DNA of 48,240 nt from Chthoniobacterales bacterium (GTDB taxonomy: Bacteria; Verrucomicrobiota; Verrucomicrobiia; Chthoniobacterales; JBKEAD01). The DNA lies in contig JBKEAD010000050.1 of assembly GCA_047971915.1 (NCBI GenBank), positions 1-48,240 of the forward strand. The letters are read 5' to 3'. Below are positions 35,554 to 48,240 of this stretch, piece by piece; position 1 is the first letter of the stretch, and each line of letters begins with the position of its first letter. The notes beneath the pieces were generated by a model. The model was not told the DNA's origin. It worked only from the letters and a program-made list of their open reading frames with translations, and made no database searches. A program made the position numbers and the translations under genes.

Positions 35554-35982
35554 ATGGGCAAAGAAATCGTCGCACAAATTAAGTTACAGATTCCTGCTGG
35601 GCAAGCAAATCCGGCACCTCCGGTTGGACCGGCATTGGGGCAGCAGGGTGTTAATATCATGGCCTTTTGCAAAGAGTTTAACGCGGCCACTCAAAAATCT
35701 GCCGGAGATATTTTGCCGGTTGTCATCACGGTTTTTAAAGATAAGAGCTTCACTTTTATTACGAAGAAACCGCCAGCCGCCATTCTTTTAAAGAAAGCTG
35801 CCGGAATTGCTGCCGGATCGAAAGAGCCAAATAAAAACAAGGTCGCCAAAGTGACCAAGGCTCAGGTCATGGAAGTCGTGAAGACAAAGATTGAGGATAT
35901 GAATACAAAGGACGAAGAGGCCGCCTACCGCACGCTTTGTGGCACAGCCCGCCAGATGGGGCTTGAGGTCGTCGATTCCTGA
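35554..35982 (+). CDS. rplK: 50S ribosomal protein L11
   Basis: [21 protein letters not shown]...FCKEFNA. Confidence 0.98.
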   Translation: MGKEIVAQIKLQIPAGQANPAPPVGPALGQQGVNIMAFCKEFNAATQKSAGDILPVVITVFKDKSFTFITKKPPAAILLKKAAGIAAGSKEPNKNKVAKVTKAQVMEVVKTKIEDMNTKDEEAAYRTLCGTARQMGLEVVDS

Positions 35983-36011
35983 TTGAGTCATTTTTTTAAA
36001 AAAAACAAACC

Positions 36012-36064
36012 CGCAGGAGTTTTTGGGTGGGAGATTTAATCTCACCGAGAACGCTTGAACTGCA
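36012..36064 (+). promoter_or_regulatory. putative L1 autoregulatory mRNA site upstream of rplA
   Basis: GCAG-GAG...hairpin (GGTGGGAGAT/ATCTCACC)...GCTTGAA-CTGC resembles L1-binding leaders found between rplK and rplA. Confidence 0.5.
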
Positions 36065-36072
36065 CCAACACC

Positions 36073-36774
36073 ATGCAAAAAAAACCTAGTAAACGTTATC
36101 GCGCCGCTGCCGAGAAGGTAGATGCCAAAAAGAAATATTCGCTGGCAGACGCAGTCAGCCTGTTAAAGGAATTGCCGCCGACAAAATTTGACCAAACGGT
36201 TACCCTGTCGCTCAAAATGACGGTGGATCCTCGCCAGAGCGACCAGATGGTTCGCGGCACAACGCCCCTTCCGCACGGTAGCGGAAAAACCGTTCGCGTG
36301 CTGGTTTTTGCTTCGGGACAGGCCGCCGAAGCCGCCAAAGAAGCAGGAGCCGAGTTTGTCGGTTTTGAAGATCTTTTGAAAAAAGTAAGCGATGGATTTT
36401 CGGATTTTGATGTTGCGATTGCCACTCCGACTGCGATGGCTGAAGTTCGTAAACTAGGCCGCGTCCTCGGGCCGCGTGGCTTAATGCCGAATCCAAAGAC
36501 AGGAACGGTAACCGAGGATACCGCCACAGCCGTGCAGGAAGTAAAAGCGGGGCGTGTCGAATTCAAAGTTGATAAAAACGCAAACATTGCTCTGCCGGTT
36601 GGCAAGCTGTCTTTCGATGCGGCTGCATTGGCTGAAAACGCAACAACCGTTTTAAACGCGATTGTGAAAGCGCGTCCGGCTGGTGCAAAAGGCTCCTTTA
36701 TCGACACGGTCACCGTTTCGGCCACGATGTCCCCGGGCGTCAAGGTCGATCCCGCACCCTACCTCAAACAATAA
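36073..36774 (+). CDS. rplA: 50S ribosomal protein L1
   Basis: KFDQTV, DQMVRG...LPHGSGK and LGPRGLMPNPKTGTVT. Confidence 0.98.
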   Translation: MQKKPSKRYRAAAEKVDAKKKYSLADAVSLLKELPPTKFDQTVTLSLKMTVDPRQSDQMVRGTTPLPHGSGKTVRVLVFASGQAAEAAKEAGAEFVGFEDLLKKVSDGFSDFDVAIATPTAMAEVRKLGRVLGPRGLMPNPKTGTVTEDTATAVQEVKAGRVEFKVDKNANIALPVGKLSFDAAALAENATTVLNAIVKARPAGAKGSFIDTVTVSATMSPGVKVDPAPYLKQ

Positions 36775-36798
36775 CCCCAACCAGTAGAAACAACGACT

Positions 36799-37320
36799 AT
36801 GAGACCTGAAAAAGCAAACATTGTTGCCGACGTTCGCGAAAAACTAAATGCGTCGCCTTTCCTTCTTGTTGTGGATTACACGGGCATGAAGGTAGATCAC
36901 TTTGCCGAGCTTCGCAATCGCCTATCGGCCAGCGGAGCCGAATGCCACGTGGTAAAAAATACCATGCTGCGTATCGCAATCAAAGAACTCGAACTTCCTG
37001 AATTAACGGATGTCTTGGGTGGTCAAAACGCGATGATTACAGGCGCGAATGATATTTGCGCTGCGGCAAAAGTTGTTAAAAATTTCCACAAAGAGTTTGA
37101 TAAGCCGACGCTCCGTGCCGGTATCCTCGATAACGATCTGCTTTCGATCGAGCAAGTGAATGCCCTAGCAGAACTCCCATCGAAAGAAATTCTACAAGGA
37201 ACACTCCTTGGCCTTCTCACCACTCCGGCAACGCGTCTGGTGCGCGTTCTCAACGAACCAGGTTCCAGCCTAGCTCGCCTGCTCAAAGCAAAAGCCGAAA
37301 AAGACGGAGGAGCCGCCTAA
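36799..37320 (+). CDS. rplJ: 50S ribosomal protein L10
   Basis: VDYTGM...ELRNRL...VVKNTMLR and LAELPSKE. Confidence 0.96.
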   Translation: MRPEKANIVADVREKLNASPFLLVVDYTGMKVDHFAELRNRLSASGAECHVVKNTMLRIAIKELELPELTDVLGGQNAMITGANDICAAAKVVKNFHKEFDKPTLRAGILDNDLLSIEQVNALAELPSKEILQGTLLGLLTTPATRLVRVLNEPGSSLARLLKAKAEKDGGAA

Positions 37321-37462
37321 TTTTAAACAAACCACTTTCGTTCAACGTTCAGAAGCCGCGTTGATCGATAAAACCAAAACGGTTCCTCGTCGGGTCTGGC
37401 GGCTGTCAGATCTTAAATGCTCAGAGGCTTCGGGGCGCGACGATACCAACAACACACATACT

Positions 37463-37846
37463 ATGGCAGATACACAAGAACTCGTAGATAAACTCAGCGC
37501 ACTAACCGTATTGGAAGTCGCTGATCTCGTAAAACAACTCGAAGAAAAATGGGGCGTCAGCGCTGCTGCTCCCGTAGCCGTTGCGGCTGCTGGTGGCGGA
37601 GGCGGAGATGCTGCTCCTGCTGCTGAGGAAAAAACCTCCTTCGACGTTATTCTCACTGAAGCTGGTGGCAACAAAATTGCCGTCATTAAAGAAGTCCGCG
37701 CAAATGTCGATGGGCTAGGTCTGGCTGATGCCAAGAAACTCGTTGAGAGTGCTCCGGCTCCTCTCAAAGAAGGTGTTTCTAAGGAAGAAGCTGAGGCGAT
37801 CAAAGCCAAGATCGAAGCTGCGGGAGCTAAGGTCGAGATCAAATAA
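37463..37846 (+). CDS. rplL: 50S ribosomal protein L7/L12
   Basis: [24 protein letters not shown]...[10 protein letters not shown]...[12 protein letters not shown] at 37463. Confidence 0.98.
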   Translation: MADTQELVDKLSALTVLEVADLVKQLEEKWGVSAAAPVAVAAAGGGGGDAAPAAEEKTSFDVILTEAGGNKIAVIKEVRANVDGLGLADAKKLVESAPAPLKEGVSKEEAEAIKAKIEAAGAKVEIK

Positions 37847-37869
37847 TAAATTCGATTCAACCGGTTTTT

Positions 37870-37914
37870 GTAGAGGGCGGGAAAAATTTTTAAAAAATTT
37901 CTCTTGCCCTCTGC
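37870..37914 (+). terminator. rplL-rpoB hairpin (attenuator or processing site)
   Basis: ~20-bp stem GTAGAGGGCGGGAAAAATTT / AAATTTCTCTTGCCCTCTGC with G.U pairs. No clear U-tract. Confidence 0.5.
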
Positions 37915-38212
37915 GAGCCGTTGGATCACCCTCTCACCCTTTCGCGCTAAAAAACTGAAATTCGTCGCTCTGAGAGTCCTAATCAATTCACCACATTACA
38001 ATTGCGGGTTAGCGATTTTGTCTAAAAAAGACAAATTCGTAGGTCCGCTTGTTTTTGTTGAACGCATCCAATGCGTTGCGGAAGTTTGGTATAGGCAAAG
38101 CGTCTCTGCTCTTTGGACGGCATTTTTCTTTATGGTAAACAGAATAGATCGGAGCAGCTTAGTTGCCTGATCAATACAAGAGAGACACATCACCCATCTT
38201 ACACCGACTCCT

Positions 38213-41200
38213 ATGTCAGAACGTATCGATTTTGGAAAATTGAAAGAGGCCAGCGCGCCTCCGAATTTCATCGAATTGCAAATTCACTCTTACGAGGAAT
38301 TTTTTCAGCAGGGCATTGACCCGCTAAAAAGGAAGAGCGTCGGCCTGCAGGCTGTTTTTAAAGAATTTTTTCCGATCAAAGGTTACGAGGAAAAATCGAG
38401 CTTGGACTTTGTTTCTTATGAGCTTACCGAGCCAAAATTGGATGCCGAAGAAGCCCAGCGAGAGGGCGAATCCTACAGTGCACCGCTGTATGTGACCTTC
38501 CGTTACAAAGACGAAAAAAACACAAAAGAAGAAAAGGTTTACATGGGTGAAATCCCGTTAATGACCGAGCGCGGAACCTTTGTCATCAATGGCGCGGAGC
38601 GCGTGGTTGTGAGCCAGCTTCACCGCTCGCCCGGTATTTGTTTTGAAACCAGCGTGCATCTCAACGGGAAGCTGCTCTACGGTTTCCGCGTCATTCCTGA
38701 TCGTGGGTCGTGGATGGAAGTGCAGTTTGATACGAGTGATCTTCTTTATGTCTATCTCGATCGCCGTAAACGTCGTCGTAAATTTTTGGCGACAACCTTC
38801 CTTCGTGCGCTTGGCTATGGCAGCGACGAAGAAATTATTAAACTTTTCTACACGATCAATGACCTCAAATTGTCCGATAAGTTGGATGAGGAGGAGATTA
38901 GCACGAAGGTTCTCACCGCAGATATTTTGGATGGTGAAGTCACCGTGGCCCGTGCTTTTGAGCCACTGACCAAGGCCGCTGTTCGTGAGCTTATCAATCT
39001 TGGGCACAAAGTTGTCAAAGTCGTGGACATCAAAGAAGACGACGTCATTATCAAATCTCTCAAAAAGGATACCGCTCATAGCGAGGAAGACGCGCTCAAA
39101 GATATTTACCGCAAATTGCGTCCGGGCGATCCACCGACTGTGCCAAACGCTCGCAATATGCTGAAGCGTCTTTTCTTTGATACGAAACGTTACGATCTTG
39201 GCCGCGTAGGACGCCACAAAATCAATCACAAACTTCAAATAAATGTCGATGCGGAGGAGCGCACGCTCACCAAAGAAGATGTCGTAGCCGCCGTAAAATA
39301 TTTGGTCGAGCTTCGCCGTGGCGATGGCATGACCGACGATATCGACCACTTGGGCAGCCGCCGCGTGCGGACCGTGGGCGAACTCCTCGCAAACCAATGC
39401 CGTGTTGGGCTTGCTCGCACCGAGCGTCTTGTTCGCGAGCGCATGACCCTATACGATGTAGGTATCGACCACATCACCCCGTCGAAACTCATTAATCCAA
39501 AATCGCTCAGTGCCGTTATTCGCGACTTCTTCGGTCGCTCGCAGTTGAGCCAGTTTATGGATCAGACAAATCCGCTTTCGGAGCTTACGCATAAACGCCG
39601 CCTTTCCGCTCTCGGACCGGGAGGACTAAGCCGCGACCGTGCCGGTTTTGAAGTGCGCGACGTGCATCCCTCGCACTACGGGCGGATTTGCCCGATTGAG
39701 ACACCGGAGGGTCCAAATATCGGACTTATCAACTCGCTCTCTACATTTGCTCGCGTGAATGAGTTTGGCTTCATCGAAACTCCTTACCGCAAAGTCGAGA
39801 ATGGACGCGTCACCGAAAAAGTCGAATATCTCAGTGCCGACCGCGATGAGAACTTTTACATTGCTCAAGCCAATGCACCGATCAACGAAAAAGGTCACTA
39901 CACCACAGACAAAGTTCAATCCCGCTATCGTGGTGAGTTTGTGGAAGTTTCACCCGATCAGATTCAATACATGGACGTATCGCCCAAGCAGCTTGTTTCC
40001 GTTGCTGCCGGGCTGATTCCTTTCCTTGAGCACGATGATGCTAACCGAGCACTCATGGGATCGAACATGCAGCGCCAAGGCGTGCCGCTTCTGGTTTCCG
40101 AATCGCCGCTCGTCGGCACGGGCCTCGAAGCACGTGTTGCTCGCGACTCCAAGGCCGTTGTTATTTCAAAAACCTCCGGCAAAGTCGCTTCGGTCACCAG
40201 CACCGAAATCGTCATCACTGCCGACGGCAACTTGCCCGAAGGTAAACGCAAAATCAAACACGACCCGGAAAATGGCGTTTACGTTTATCAACTTCGTAAA
40301 TTCCTTCGCTCAAACGCAAGCACCTGCATTAATCAACATCCGATTGTTAAAAAAGGACAAGACATCAAAGAGGGTGACGTAATTGCAGACGGTCCAAATA
40401 CCGAAAATGGCGAGCTCGCCCTCGGTCGCAACGTCCTCGTCGCCTTTATGTCTTGGAATGGCTACAACTTCGAAGATGCGATCATGATCTCCGAACGTGT
40501 CGTCAAAGAAGATATTTACACGTCTATCCATATCGACGAATTTGAAATCGGTGCCCGCGATACCAAACTCGGTCCCGAGGAAATCACGCGGGATATTCCA
40601 AATGTCAGCGAAGAAGCACTGCAAAATCTCGGTGTCGATGGCGTTATCCGCATCGGTGCCGAAGTCAAACCAGGCGATATCCTCGTTGGAAAAATTACGC
40701 CGAAAAGCGAAACCGAACTAGCTCCTGAAGAACGTCTTCTCCGTGCCATCTTCGGTGAAAAAGCTGCCGATGTCCGCGACACATCCCTGACGGTTCCTTC
40801 CGGAACCTACGGTATTGTTATGGACGTTCGCGTATCGTCGAAAAAAGACGTATCGCGCCAAAAAATGACGCAATCCGAATCAAAGCGTCAGCGCAAGATG
40901 ATCGAAGACGATTTCAAACGTCGCAAAGAAGAGCTACACGAAAGCCTCACCGAGGCACTTTCCAACGTCCTGCTCAACGAAAAAATCCCTCTTGACGTTG
41001 TCAACGCCCAGAGCGGCGAAATCATCATCCCCGCAAATCGCAAAATCACCAAGCAGCTTCTCCGTAAGCTCGCATCGGTTTATGACCATGTTGAAATCGA
41101 TCCGAGCCCGATTCGTAACAAGATCCGCGAAATCATCGCACAATACGAACACCGCTTCGAAGAACTCGACCGTGAGCGCGATACAAACCTCGGACGCATC

Positions 41201-41806
41201 GACAGCGGAGACGATATCGATCCCGGTATCATTAAGCAGGTAAAAGTTTACATCGCCTCGAAACGCAAACTCTCGGTTGGGGATAAAATGGCAGGCCGCC
41301 ACGGAAACAAAGGTGTCGTTGCCAAAATCGTCCCTGAAGAAGATATGCCTTTCTTAGAAGACGGCACGCCGGTTGACATCGTTCTAAACCCTCTTGGCGT
41401 TCCAAGCCGCATGAACGTCGGGCAGGTTCTCGAAACGCACCTTGGCGTTGCCGCCAAAGCTCTCGGCTTTAAAGTCGCAACACCTGTCTTTGATGGTATT
41501 TCTGAAAAACGCATTCGCGAATACCTCGAAGAAGCCAAGCAAGTCGAAGGTTTCACCTGGATCGAAGAAAACGGTAAGGCAAAGCTTTACGACGGACGCA
41601 CCGGCGAATCCTTTGACCAAAATGTCGTTGTCGGCTACATCTATATGTTGAAACTCGGCCACTTGGTCGCCGATAAGATTCACGCCCGTGCCGTCGGCCC
41701 ATACAGCCTTGTCACGCAGCAGCCGCTTGGTGGTAAAGCCCAATACGGCGGACAACGTTTCGGAGAGATGGAAGTCTGGGCACTCGAAGCCTACGGAGCC
41801 GCCTAG
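38213..41806 (+). CDS. rpoB: RNA polymerase beta subunit, residues 1-1197 (ends at in-frame TAG)
   Basis: [43 protein letters not shown] and [19 protein letters not shown]. Confidence 0.97.
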   Translation: MSERIDFGKLKEASAPPNFIELQIHSYEEFFQQGIDPLKRKSVGLQAVFKEFFPIKGYEEKSSLDFVSYELTEPKLDAEEAQREGESYSAPLYVTFRYKDEKNTKEEKVYMGEIPLMTERGTFVINGAERVVVSQLHRSPGICFETSVHLNGKLLYGFRVIPDRGSWMEVQFDTSDLLYVYLDRRKRRRKFLATTFLRALGYGSDEEIIKLFYTINDLKLSDKLDEEEISTKVLTADILDGEVTVARAFEPLTKAAVRELINLGHKVVKVVDIKEDDVIIKSLKKDTAHSEEDALKDIYRKLRPGDPPTVPNARNMLKRLFFDTKRYDLGRVGRHKINHKLQINVDAEERTLTKEDVVAAVKYLVELRRGDGMTDDIDHLGSRRVRTVGELLANQCRVGLARTERLVRERMTLYDVGIDHITPSKLINPKSLSAVIRDFFGRSQLSQFMDQTNPLSELTHKRRLSALGPGGLSRDRAGFEVRDVHPSHYGRICPIETPEGPNIGLINSLSTFARVNEFGFIETPYRKVENGRVTEKVEYLSADRDENFYIAQANAPINEKGHYTTDKVQSRYRGEFVEVSPDQIQYMDVSPKQLVSVAAGLIPFLEHDDANRALMGSNMQRQGVPLLVSESPLVGTGLEARVARDSKAVVISKTSGKVASVTSTEIVITADGNLPEGKRKIKHDPENGVYVYQLRKFLRSNASTCINQHPIVKKGQDIKEGDVIADGPNTENGELALGRNVLVAFMSWNGYNFEDAIMISERVVKEDIYTSIHIDEFEIGARDTKLGPEEITRDIPNVSEEALQNLGVDGVIRIGAEVKPGDILVGKITPKSETELAPEERLLRAIFGEKAADVRDTSLTVPSGTYGIVMDVRVSSKKDVSRQKMTQSESKRQRKMIEDDFKRRKEELHESLTEALSNVLLNEKIPLDVVNAQSGEIIIPANRKITKQLLRKLASVYDHVEIDPSPIRNKIREIIAQYEHRFEELDRERDTNLGRIDSGDDIDPGIIKQVKVYIASKRKLSVGDKMAGRHGNKGVVAKIVPEEDMPFLEDGTPVDIVLNPLGVPSRMNVGQVLETHLGVAAKALGFKVATPVFDGISEKRIREYLEEAKQVEGFTWIEENGKAKLYDGRTGESFDQNVVVGYIYMLKLGHLVADKIHARAVGPYSLVTQQPLGGKAQYGGQRFGEMEVWALEAYGAA

Positions 41807-42034
<228 letters not shown>

Positions 42035-42070
42035 GCCGTCAAACAAATACGCAACACAGATACAGCACCT

Positions 42071-45000
42071 ATGAGCGAATCTAATAATCGTGACATTTTT
42101 GACGAAGAACAGTCCGTCGGCTTTGACGAGGTCGGAATCACCGTAGCCTCTCCCGATGCCATTCGTAGTTGGTCCTCCGGCGAAGTAAAAAATCCCGAAA
42201 CAATCAACTACCGAACCTTTAAACCCGAAAAGGGAGGTTTGTTTTGCGAACGTATCTTTGGACCAACCAAAGACTGGGAATGTTCTTGCGGAAAATACAA
42301 ACGCATCAAATACAAAGGCGTTACTTGCGACCGTTGCGGCGTTGAAGTGACCCTCTCCCGCGTGCGTCGCGAGCGGGTCGGCCATATCGAGCTGGCGGTT
42401 CCTGTCTCGCATATTTGGTTTTACAAATGCATGCCCTCCCGCATCGGGTTGATGCTCGACATGACATCTCGCCAGTTAGAGCGCGTCATCTACTACGAAG
42501 ACTATATCGTTATCGACCCCGGCCACACCGGCCTTATACAGGGCCAGCTCCTCACCGAACTCGAATACCGCGAAGCCGAAGAGCAGTGGGGAGAAACTTT
42601 CACCGCTGGCATGGGCGCAGAAGCGATTCAAAAACTCCTCGAACAAATCGATCTCGCTAAACTCGCCGTCGAACTCGAAGAGCAAATGGGAGCAACGCGC
42701 AGCAAACAGCTTCGCAAAAAATTGGCAAAACGCCTGAAACTTGCTCAAGGTTTCGCTAGCTCCAAAAGCCGCCCCGAATGGATGATTGTGAATGTTCTTC
42801 CGGTCATCCCTCCCGATTTGCGCCCACTCGTCCCACTCGAAGGCGGACGCTTCGCGACTTCGGATTTGAACGACCTTTACCGTCGCGTCATCAACCGAAA
42901 CAATCGCCTCCGCACCCTGCTACAGCTAAAGACGCCCGAAGTCATTATTCGAAATGAGAAACGGATGCTGCAAGAAGCTGTCGATGCCCTCTTTGACAAT
43001 GGCCGCCACGGTCGCGCTGTCACCGGTGCCGCCAACCGTCCGCTCAAATCCCTCAGCGACATGCTCAAGGGTAAAGGCGGACGTTTCCGTCAAAACCTTC
43101 TCGGAAAACGCGTGGACTACTCGGGACGCTCCGTTATCGTTATCGGCCCCGAGCTAAAGCTCAACCAATGCGGACTTCCGAAAAAAATGGCACTCGTCCT
43201 TTTCGAGCCATTTATCATTCGCCGCTTAAAAGAACTCGGCTACGTCCACACTGTTCGCAGTGCAAAAAAAATGATCGAGGCCCAAAAGCCCGAAGTCTGG
43301 GATATTCTCGAAGAGGTGACCAAAGGACACCCCGTTCTTTTGAACCGTGCGCCGACGCTTCACCGACTCTCCATCCAGGCCTTCGAACCAATCCTTATCG
43401 AAGGTGAGGCCATTCGCGTGCACCCACTCGTCTGCACCGCTTACAATGCCGACTTCGATGGTGACCAAATGGCCGTGCACGTCCCGCTCTCTGTCGAAGC
43501 GCAGATGGAAGCCCGTACGCTCATGTTGGCTCCGAATAATATTTTCGGACCATCGAACGGTAAGCCCATCACAACACCGTCTCAAGACATCCCGCTGGGT
43601 TGCTATTACGTAACCGCGGAACCTCGCGGTAGCGATGCCGATACCGATAAGCATATCCCGATTTTTGAAAACGAGATCGAGGTTGAACTCGCACTTTCCG
43701 AAAAATCGATTCGCAAACACCAGTGGATCCATTTGAAAAATCCCGACCGTGGCACGCAGACCGTTTTCGGCGACGCCGAGGCAAGAACGCTGCAAACCAC
43801 TCCGGGCCGTGTGCTTTTCAACACCATCTGGCCCAAAGAACTCGGCTTTTACAACAAAGTCGTCAGCAAAAAGCAGTTGAGTAACATTATCTGGGAAACC
43901 TACCAAGCCGTCGGCCAAGACGGAACGGTAAAGACCCTCGATCGCTTGAAAGAACTTGGTTTCCAGCAGGCTACGGCTGCCGGTATCTCCATCGGTATTG
44001 CGGACATGATCATCCCCGACGAGAAAAAACCGCTTGTTGCCAGTGCCTTTAAAGAAGTTGGCGATGTAGAAAAACAATACCGCCGAGGCATCATCACCGA
44101 TGGTGAACGCAAAAACAAAGTGCAAGACATCTGGACGCATACCGGTGAAGAAATCACCGCCGCTCTTTTCCGCACACTGGAGTACAACGAAGGCAAGAGC
44201 GACATGAACCCGGTTTACATCATGGTGGACTCCGGTGCTCGTGGTAACCGCACGCAGATCAAACAGCTTGGCGGAATGCGCGGCCTCATGGCCAAGCCCT
44301 CCGGCGAGATTATCGAAAAGCCTATCTTATCCAACTTCCGCGAAGGCCTCACGGTGCTGGAATACTTCATCTCCACTCACGGTGCCCGTAAAGGACTTGC
44401 CGATACCGCGTTGAAAACAGCCGACTCCGGCTATCTCACGCGTAAACTCGTGGATGCTGCCCAGGATGTCATTGTAAACGAACCCGATTGTGGAACGATT
44501 AACGGCATTACAGTAGGTCCGATTTACGAGGGCGACGAAGAAGTCGTCAGCCTCTCTGCCCGCATCATTGGTCGCACGAGCTGCGAAACCGTTAAAGAAC
44601 CTGTTTCGGGAACCGTGGTCATAAATGCAGGCGATCTCATCGACGAAAAATCCGCCGAAGCACTCGAAACGCTCGGTGTCGAACGCCTCAAAATTCGCTC
44701 CGCCCTTACTTGCGAAACCAAGCGAGGTGTTTGTGCAAAATGTTACGGACGCAACCTCGCTACGGGGCACCCCGTCAAGCTCGGTGAGGCAGTCGGCATC
44801 ATTGCCGCACAATCCATCGGCGAACCCGGCACTCAGCTTACGATGCGAACCTTCCACGTTGGTGGAACGGCGAGTCAGACCTTTAAACAGCCCGTCATCA
44901 AGGCGAAAAATAATGGTAAAGTCCGCTTCAACGATCTCCGAACCGTTAAAACCGTAGATGACAACTACGTCGTCCTCAACAAAAACGGCTTCATTACCAT

Positions 45001-46195
45001 TCACGACAAAGATGGACGCGAACTCGAAAACCACAATCTTGTGGTCGGCTCTGTTATTTCCATTGCCGACGGAGGCGAGGTAAAGAAAAACCAAGTCTTC
45101 ATCGAATGGGATCCGTATAACGTCCCCATCATTACCGAGAAATCCGGTAAGATCGAATTCCGTGATTTGATCCCGGGCGTAACCATTCGCAAGGAAGTTG
45201 ATGAAGCAACCGGAGTGATGGGAACGGTCGTTATCGAACACAAAGAAGATTTACATCCGCAAATCGTAATCGTTGACGACAAAAAAGAAGTTCTCGCCAG
45301 CTACTCCATCCCAGCCGGCGCACACATCGAAGTCAAAGAACGCGCCAAAATTCGTGCGGGTCAACGTCTGGCAAAAACACCGCGCAAAATCTCCAAAACC
45401 AAAGACATTACGGGTGGCCTCCCACGTGTTGCCGAGCTTTTCGAAGCTCGCCGACCAAAAGATTCCGCCGAGATTGCAAAAATCGATGGAACGGTGGATA
45501 TCAGCGGCACCGTACGCGGCAAGCGTCGCCTCATCGTCACCGATCCGGAAAGCGGAGATGAAGAAGAGCACCTCATCCCACTCAATAAACACATCATCGT
45601 TTTCAAAGGCGACCTAGTAAAACGTGGACAACAGCTCACCGAAGGCCCCGTCGTGCCTCACGAAGTCCTCGAAGTCAGCGGTCCTCAAGCTCTCCAAGAG
45701 CACTTGCTCAACGAAGTTCAAGAGGTTTACCGTTTACAAGGTGTTGAGATTAACGATAAACATATAGAAATCATTGTTCGCCAAATGCTACGGAAAATCA
45801 AAGTCACCGACCCGGGTGATACTTCCTTGCTCTGGGGCGATCAAGTTGACCGCTTGGAATTCCAGACGGAAAACGAAATCATCACCAAAAAAGGTGGCAA
45901 ACCCGCCGAAGGCACACCCGTGCTGCTCGGCATCACCAAAGCTTCTTTGGAAACAGAGAGCTTTATCTCAGCAGCTTCGTTCCAAGATACAACCCGCGTT
46001 CTCACCGAAGCCGCAACCCTCGGTAAAGTCGACAGACTCCGCGGGTTCAAAGAAAATGTCATTATGGGACACCTAATTCCTGCCGGAACAGGCTTCCCAT
46101 CCAACCGCGATATCGAAGTCGTCGAGCTGGCTGACCCCATCGAAGAAAAACCAACAACTCAAACCGAAAGCGAAAACGATCAACAAATTATTTGA
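42071..46195 (+). CDS. rpoC: RNA polymerase beta' subunit
   Basis: Zn finger CSCGKYK...CDRC, catalytic [10 protein letters not shown] and [13 protein letters not shown]. Confidence 0.99.
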   Translation: MSESNNRDIFDEEQSVGFDEVGITVASPDAIRSWSSGEVKNPETINYRTFKPEKGGLFCERIFGPTKDWECSCGKYKRIKYKGVTCDRCGVEVTLSRVRRERVGHIELAVPVSHIWFYKCMPSRIGLMLDMTSRQLERVIYYEDYIVIDPGHTGLIQGQLLTELEYREAEEQWGETFTAGMGAEAIQKLLEQIDLAKLAVELEEQMGATRSKQLRKKLAKRLKLAQGFASSKSRPEWMIVNVLPVIPPDLRPLVPLEGGRFATSDLNDLYRRVINRNNRLRTLLQLKTPEVIIRNEKRMLQEAVDALFDNGRHGRAVTGAANRPLKSLSDMLKGKGGRFRQNLLGKRVDYSGRSVIVIGPELKLNQCGLPKKMALVLFEPFIIRRLKELGYVHTVRSAKKMIEAQKPEVWDILEEVTKGHPVLLNRAPTLHRLSIQAFEPILIEGEAIRVHPLVCTAYNADFDGDQMAVHVPLSVEAQMEARTLMLAPNNIFGPSNGKPITTPSQDIPLGCYYVTAEPRGSDADTDKHIPIFENEIEVELALSEKSIRKHQWIHLKNPDRGTQTVFGDAEARTLQTTPGRVLFNTIWPKELGFYNKVVSKKQLSNIIWETYQAVGQDGTVKTLDRLKELGFQQATAAGISIGIADMIIPDEKKPLVASAFKEVGDVEKQYRRGIITDGERKNKVQDIWTHTGEEITAALFRTLEYNEGKSDMNPVYIMVDSGARGNRTQIKQLGGMRGLMAKPSGEIIEKPILSNFREGLTVLEYFISTHGARKGLADTALKTADSGYLTRKLVDAAQDVIVNEPDCGTINGITVGPIYEGDEEVVSLSARIIGRTSCETVKEPVSGTVVINAGDLIDEKSAEALETLGVERLKIRSALTCETKRGVCAKCYGRNLATGHPVKLGEAVGIIAAQSIGEPGTQLTMRTFHVGGTASQTFKQPVIKAKNNGKVRFNDLRTVKTVDDNYVVLNKNGFITIHDKDGRELENHNLVVGSVISIADGGEVKKNQVFIEWDPYNVPIITEKSGKIEFRDLIPGVTIRKEVDEATGVMGTVVIEHKEDLHPQIVIVDDKKEVLASYSIPAGAHIEVKERAKIRAGQRLAKTPRKISKTKDITGGLPRVAELFEARRPKDSAEIAKIDGTVDISGTVRGKRRLIVTDPESGDEEEHLIPLNKHIIVFKGDLVKRGQQLTEGPVVPHEVLEVSGPQALQEHLLNEVQEVYRLQGVEINDKHIEIIVRQMLRKIKVTDPGDTSLLWGDQVDRLEFQTENEIITKKGGKPAEGTPVLLGITKASLETESFISAASFQDTTRVLTEAATLGKVDRLRGFKENVIMGHLIPAGTGFPSNRDIEVVELADPIEEKPTTQTESENDQQII

Positions 46196-46214
46196 CGTAT
46201 AAGTAGTCAAACTT

Positions 46215-46970
46215 ATGTCCACTTCCGAAACCGAAACTAAACCTGTTAGCGTAGATGCGATAACCGAGCTGCTTGAAGCCGGCGTGCACTACGGTCACCA
46301 AACCAAACGATGGAATCCCAAAATGCGCGACTTCATTCTCGAAGAGCACAATTCCATCTACATCATCGACCTCGAAAAAACAGTTGCCCAGCTCAAAGAA
46401 GCAACAGATTTTCTCTCGAAAACGGTAAAAGGAGGGGGCAAAGTTCTTTTTGTAGGAACTAAAAAACAAGCCCAAGGTGCCATTCGTGAAGCGGCAGAAG
46501 CAACCAATCAGCTCTATGTCAACGAACGCTGGTTGGGGGGGACACTTACCAACCTCGAAACCATGCGCAAAAGTGTGGCTCGCCTCAAGGACATCCAAGG
46601 CCGCTTAGCTTCCAAAAATTCCGGCATCGTAAACAAAAAAGAGGCCGCCGCCCTTCGTCGCGAAGCCAACAAGCTGGACCGAAACCTGAAAGGCCTCATC
46701 AATATGGAGAAGCTTCCCGATGCACTCGTCATTATTGATACCCCACGTGAGCAAATCGCCGTAGCCGAAGCAAATCGCCTAAATATCCCGGTCGTCGCAA
46801 TCGTGGATACCAACAGCGATCCGGATAATATCTCCTATCCTATTCCGGGAAATGACGATGCGATTCGCTCGATTCGTATTATTCTTCAGAAGCTGGTCGA
46901 TGCTATTGTTCAGTCAAAACGCGGCTTTGAGAAAGTTAGCGATCCCGAATTGGCTGCTGTAGGCGACTAA
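46215..46970 (+). CDS. rpsB: 30S ribosomal protein S2
   Basis: LLEAGVHYGHQTKRWNPKM, RWLGGTLTN and IPGNDDAIRSI. Confidence 0.98.
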   Translation: MSTSETETKPVSVDAITELLEAGVHYGHQTKRWNPKMRDFILEEHNSIYIIDLEKTVAQLKEATDFLSKTVKGGGKVLFVGTKKQAQGAIREAAEATNQLYVNERWLGGTLTNLETMRKSVARLKDIQGRLASKNSGIVNKKEAAALRREANKLDRNLKGLINMEKLPDALVIIDTPREQIAVAEANRLNIPVVAIVDTNSDPDNISYPIPGNDDAIRSIRIILQKLVDAIVQSKRGFEKVSDPELAAVGD

Positions 46971-46981
46971 ATTTTAATTTT

Positions 46982-47032
46982 GGGGTGCTTGGCGAGCAGA
47001 GTAGACACTCTCGCTGAGCACTCCGTTTTTTT
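46982..47032 (+). terminator. rpsB-tsf intergenic terminator/attenuator
   Basis: Stem GGGGTGCTTGGCGAG / CTCGCTGAGCACTCC followed by GTTTTTTT. Confidence 0.7.
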
Positions 47033-47135
47033 GAAGTTCATAAACCTCACGGTAGTGAACTTTTAAAAAAAATCCCTCCTGCGCAAATTTCACATTTTTT
47101 TAAAAAAACTAAACACTTAACGAACTCATTTAATC

Positions 47136-47726
47136 ATGGCTGAAATTACCGCTGCTATTGTCAAAGCACTTAGAGAAAAAACCAACGCCGGCATGATGGA
47201 CTGCAAACGCGCACTCGTCGAAACCGACGGAGACGCAGAAAAAGCAGAAACTCTACTACGTCAAAAAGGGATCGCCAGCGCATCCAAAAAAGCCGAGCGC
47301 AGCGCGAGCGAAGGTATCGTCGCCTCCTACATCCATCTCCAAGGCAAAGTCGGAGTGCTCATCGAAGTAAACTGCGAAACCGACTTCGTCGCCAAAAACG
47401 AAAACTTCCGCGAATTCGTCAAAGACATTACCCTACACATAGCCGCCGCAAATCCAACCTGCATCAGCCGCGAAGAAATCGACCCGGCACTTCTTGCAAA
47501 AGAACGCGAAGTTTACGAAGGCCAAGTCAAAGACAAACCCGCCAACATTATTGACAAAATCGTCGCCGGAAAAATCGACAAATTTTACAGCACGACCTGT
47601 TTGCTCGAACAAGCCTTCATTAAAGATCCCGACATGACAATTCAGCAATTTGTCCAAAGCAAAATTGCCGAGCTAGGCGAAAATATTGTCATTCGTCGCT
47701 TTGCACGCTATCAAGTCGGCGAATAA
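47136..47726 (+). CDS. tsf: elongation factor Ts (short, 196-aa form)
   Basis: [29 protein letters not shown] and [11 protein letters not shown]. Confidence 0.97.
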   Translation: MAEITAAIVKALREKTNAGMMDCKRALVETDGDAEKAETLLRQKGIASASKKAERSASEGIVASYIHLQGKVGVLIEVNCETDFVAKNENFREFVKDITLHIAAANPTCISREEIDPALLAKEREVYEGQVKDKPANIIDKIVAGKIDKFYSTTCLLEQAFIKDPDMTIQQFVQSKIAELGENIVIRRFARYQVGE

Positions 47727-47802
47727 AAATTTCTAAATTTTACGGATGGTGCCCTGCGTTTGCACCAATGCCCGGAACCCCGTAAAATTTTTAGAAAACA
47801 AC

Positions 47803-47838
47803 GAGCACCCCGCGTGAAACCGGGGTGCTCTTCGTTTA
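47803..47838 (+). terminator. intrinsic terminator after tsf
   Basis: Perfect 10-bp stem GAGCACCCCG/CGGGGTGCTC followed by TTCGTTTA. Confidence 0.7.
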
Positions 47839-48240
47839 TAAACGAAAGTACTTTGGAAGAGTTTTTTCTAAACCTGACCCTTTTTACGACACACCGAAAA
47901 GGCTCTCTCAGCGCACCGTAAAATTTATACGCTGGTTAAAAAATCATCTGGATCTGGAACGCGACTGGAACGACGCCATCGCCCAACTTCGATCTATCTA
48001 TCAGCACTTATGATCTTATTTTTGGACACCGTTGTTTCTTGCATAATCCCTTGGTTCAGCAGCGCATCTGTCCCAGCCTTCCGCAACGCCCGCCGCACCT
48101 GAATCAAATCGTAAGCCTCAATCGTAGCTTTCATCCTTGATTTTCCTCCCCGGCCGATTTACCATTCTCCTCATGGTCTCGTGTCCGTTTCGGACGTTCG
48201 GCGACTTGGATCGGTTCCCGATCATCGTGGCGCGCGAGGC

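Noticed and set aside
47825-48240. 62-aa ORF and a short - strand ORF (MKATIEAYDL...) after tsf
   Set aside because: The first starts inside the terminator stem and neither has recognisable motifs. They may be gene remnants but this cannot be supported.

Overview
This is a bacterial chromosomal window, most likely Verrucomicrobiota. That assignment is inferred from the PEP-CTERM protein, the prepilin-type gene, the PUR-family protein, the TPR-exbB-exbD-exbD module, the short EF-Ts and the mostly SD-less A/C-rich leaders. From left to right it holds: an AraC/PocR regulator divergent from a cbb3 oxidase operon (ccoS, fused ccoNO, apparently fused ccoQ-P, ccoG, small membrane ORF); a Zn/Mn ABC importer; a decayed NAD-dependent epimerase; a PUR protein; rnr; a prepilin-type gene; two damaged vapBC pairs; an EPS locus (O-antigen-ligase/TPR protein, OM beta-barrel, wzc, short wza); an L,D-transpeptidase homologue lacking its catalytic His/Cys; a large Ig-like membrane protein; rsmI, lptE, bamD-like, lpxL-like, metG and a TPR protein; a dead relE-type TA pair; surA/ppiD-like; TPR-exbB(Zn ribbon)-exbD-exbD; a GH64-like PEP-CTERM protein; and rplK-rplA-rplJ-rplL-rpoB-rpoC-rpsB-tsf. 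Four observations stand out. (1) rpoB is interrupted by TAG-ATG in its conserved C-terminus (split gene, readthrough or sequence error). (2) A ~160-185 nt intergenic element has a 29-bp stem whose only non-Watson-Crick pairs are G.U on the + strand, and its core recurs in degenerate form at two other intergenic sites. (3) All three type II toxins are inactivated. (4) There are two probable pseudoenzymes. No tRNA, rRNA, CRISPR array or transposase was recognised. All calls are by eye, with no database searches.
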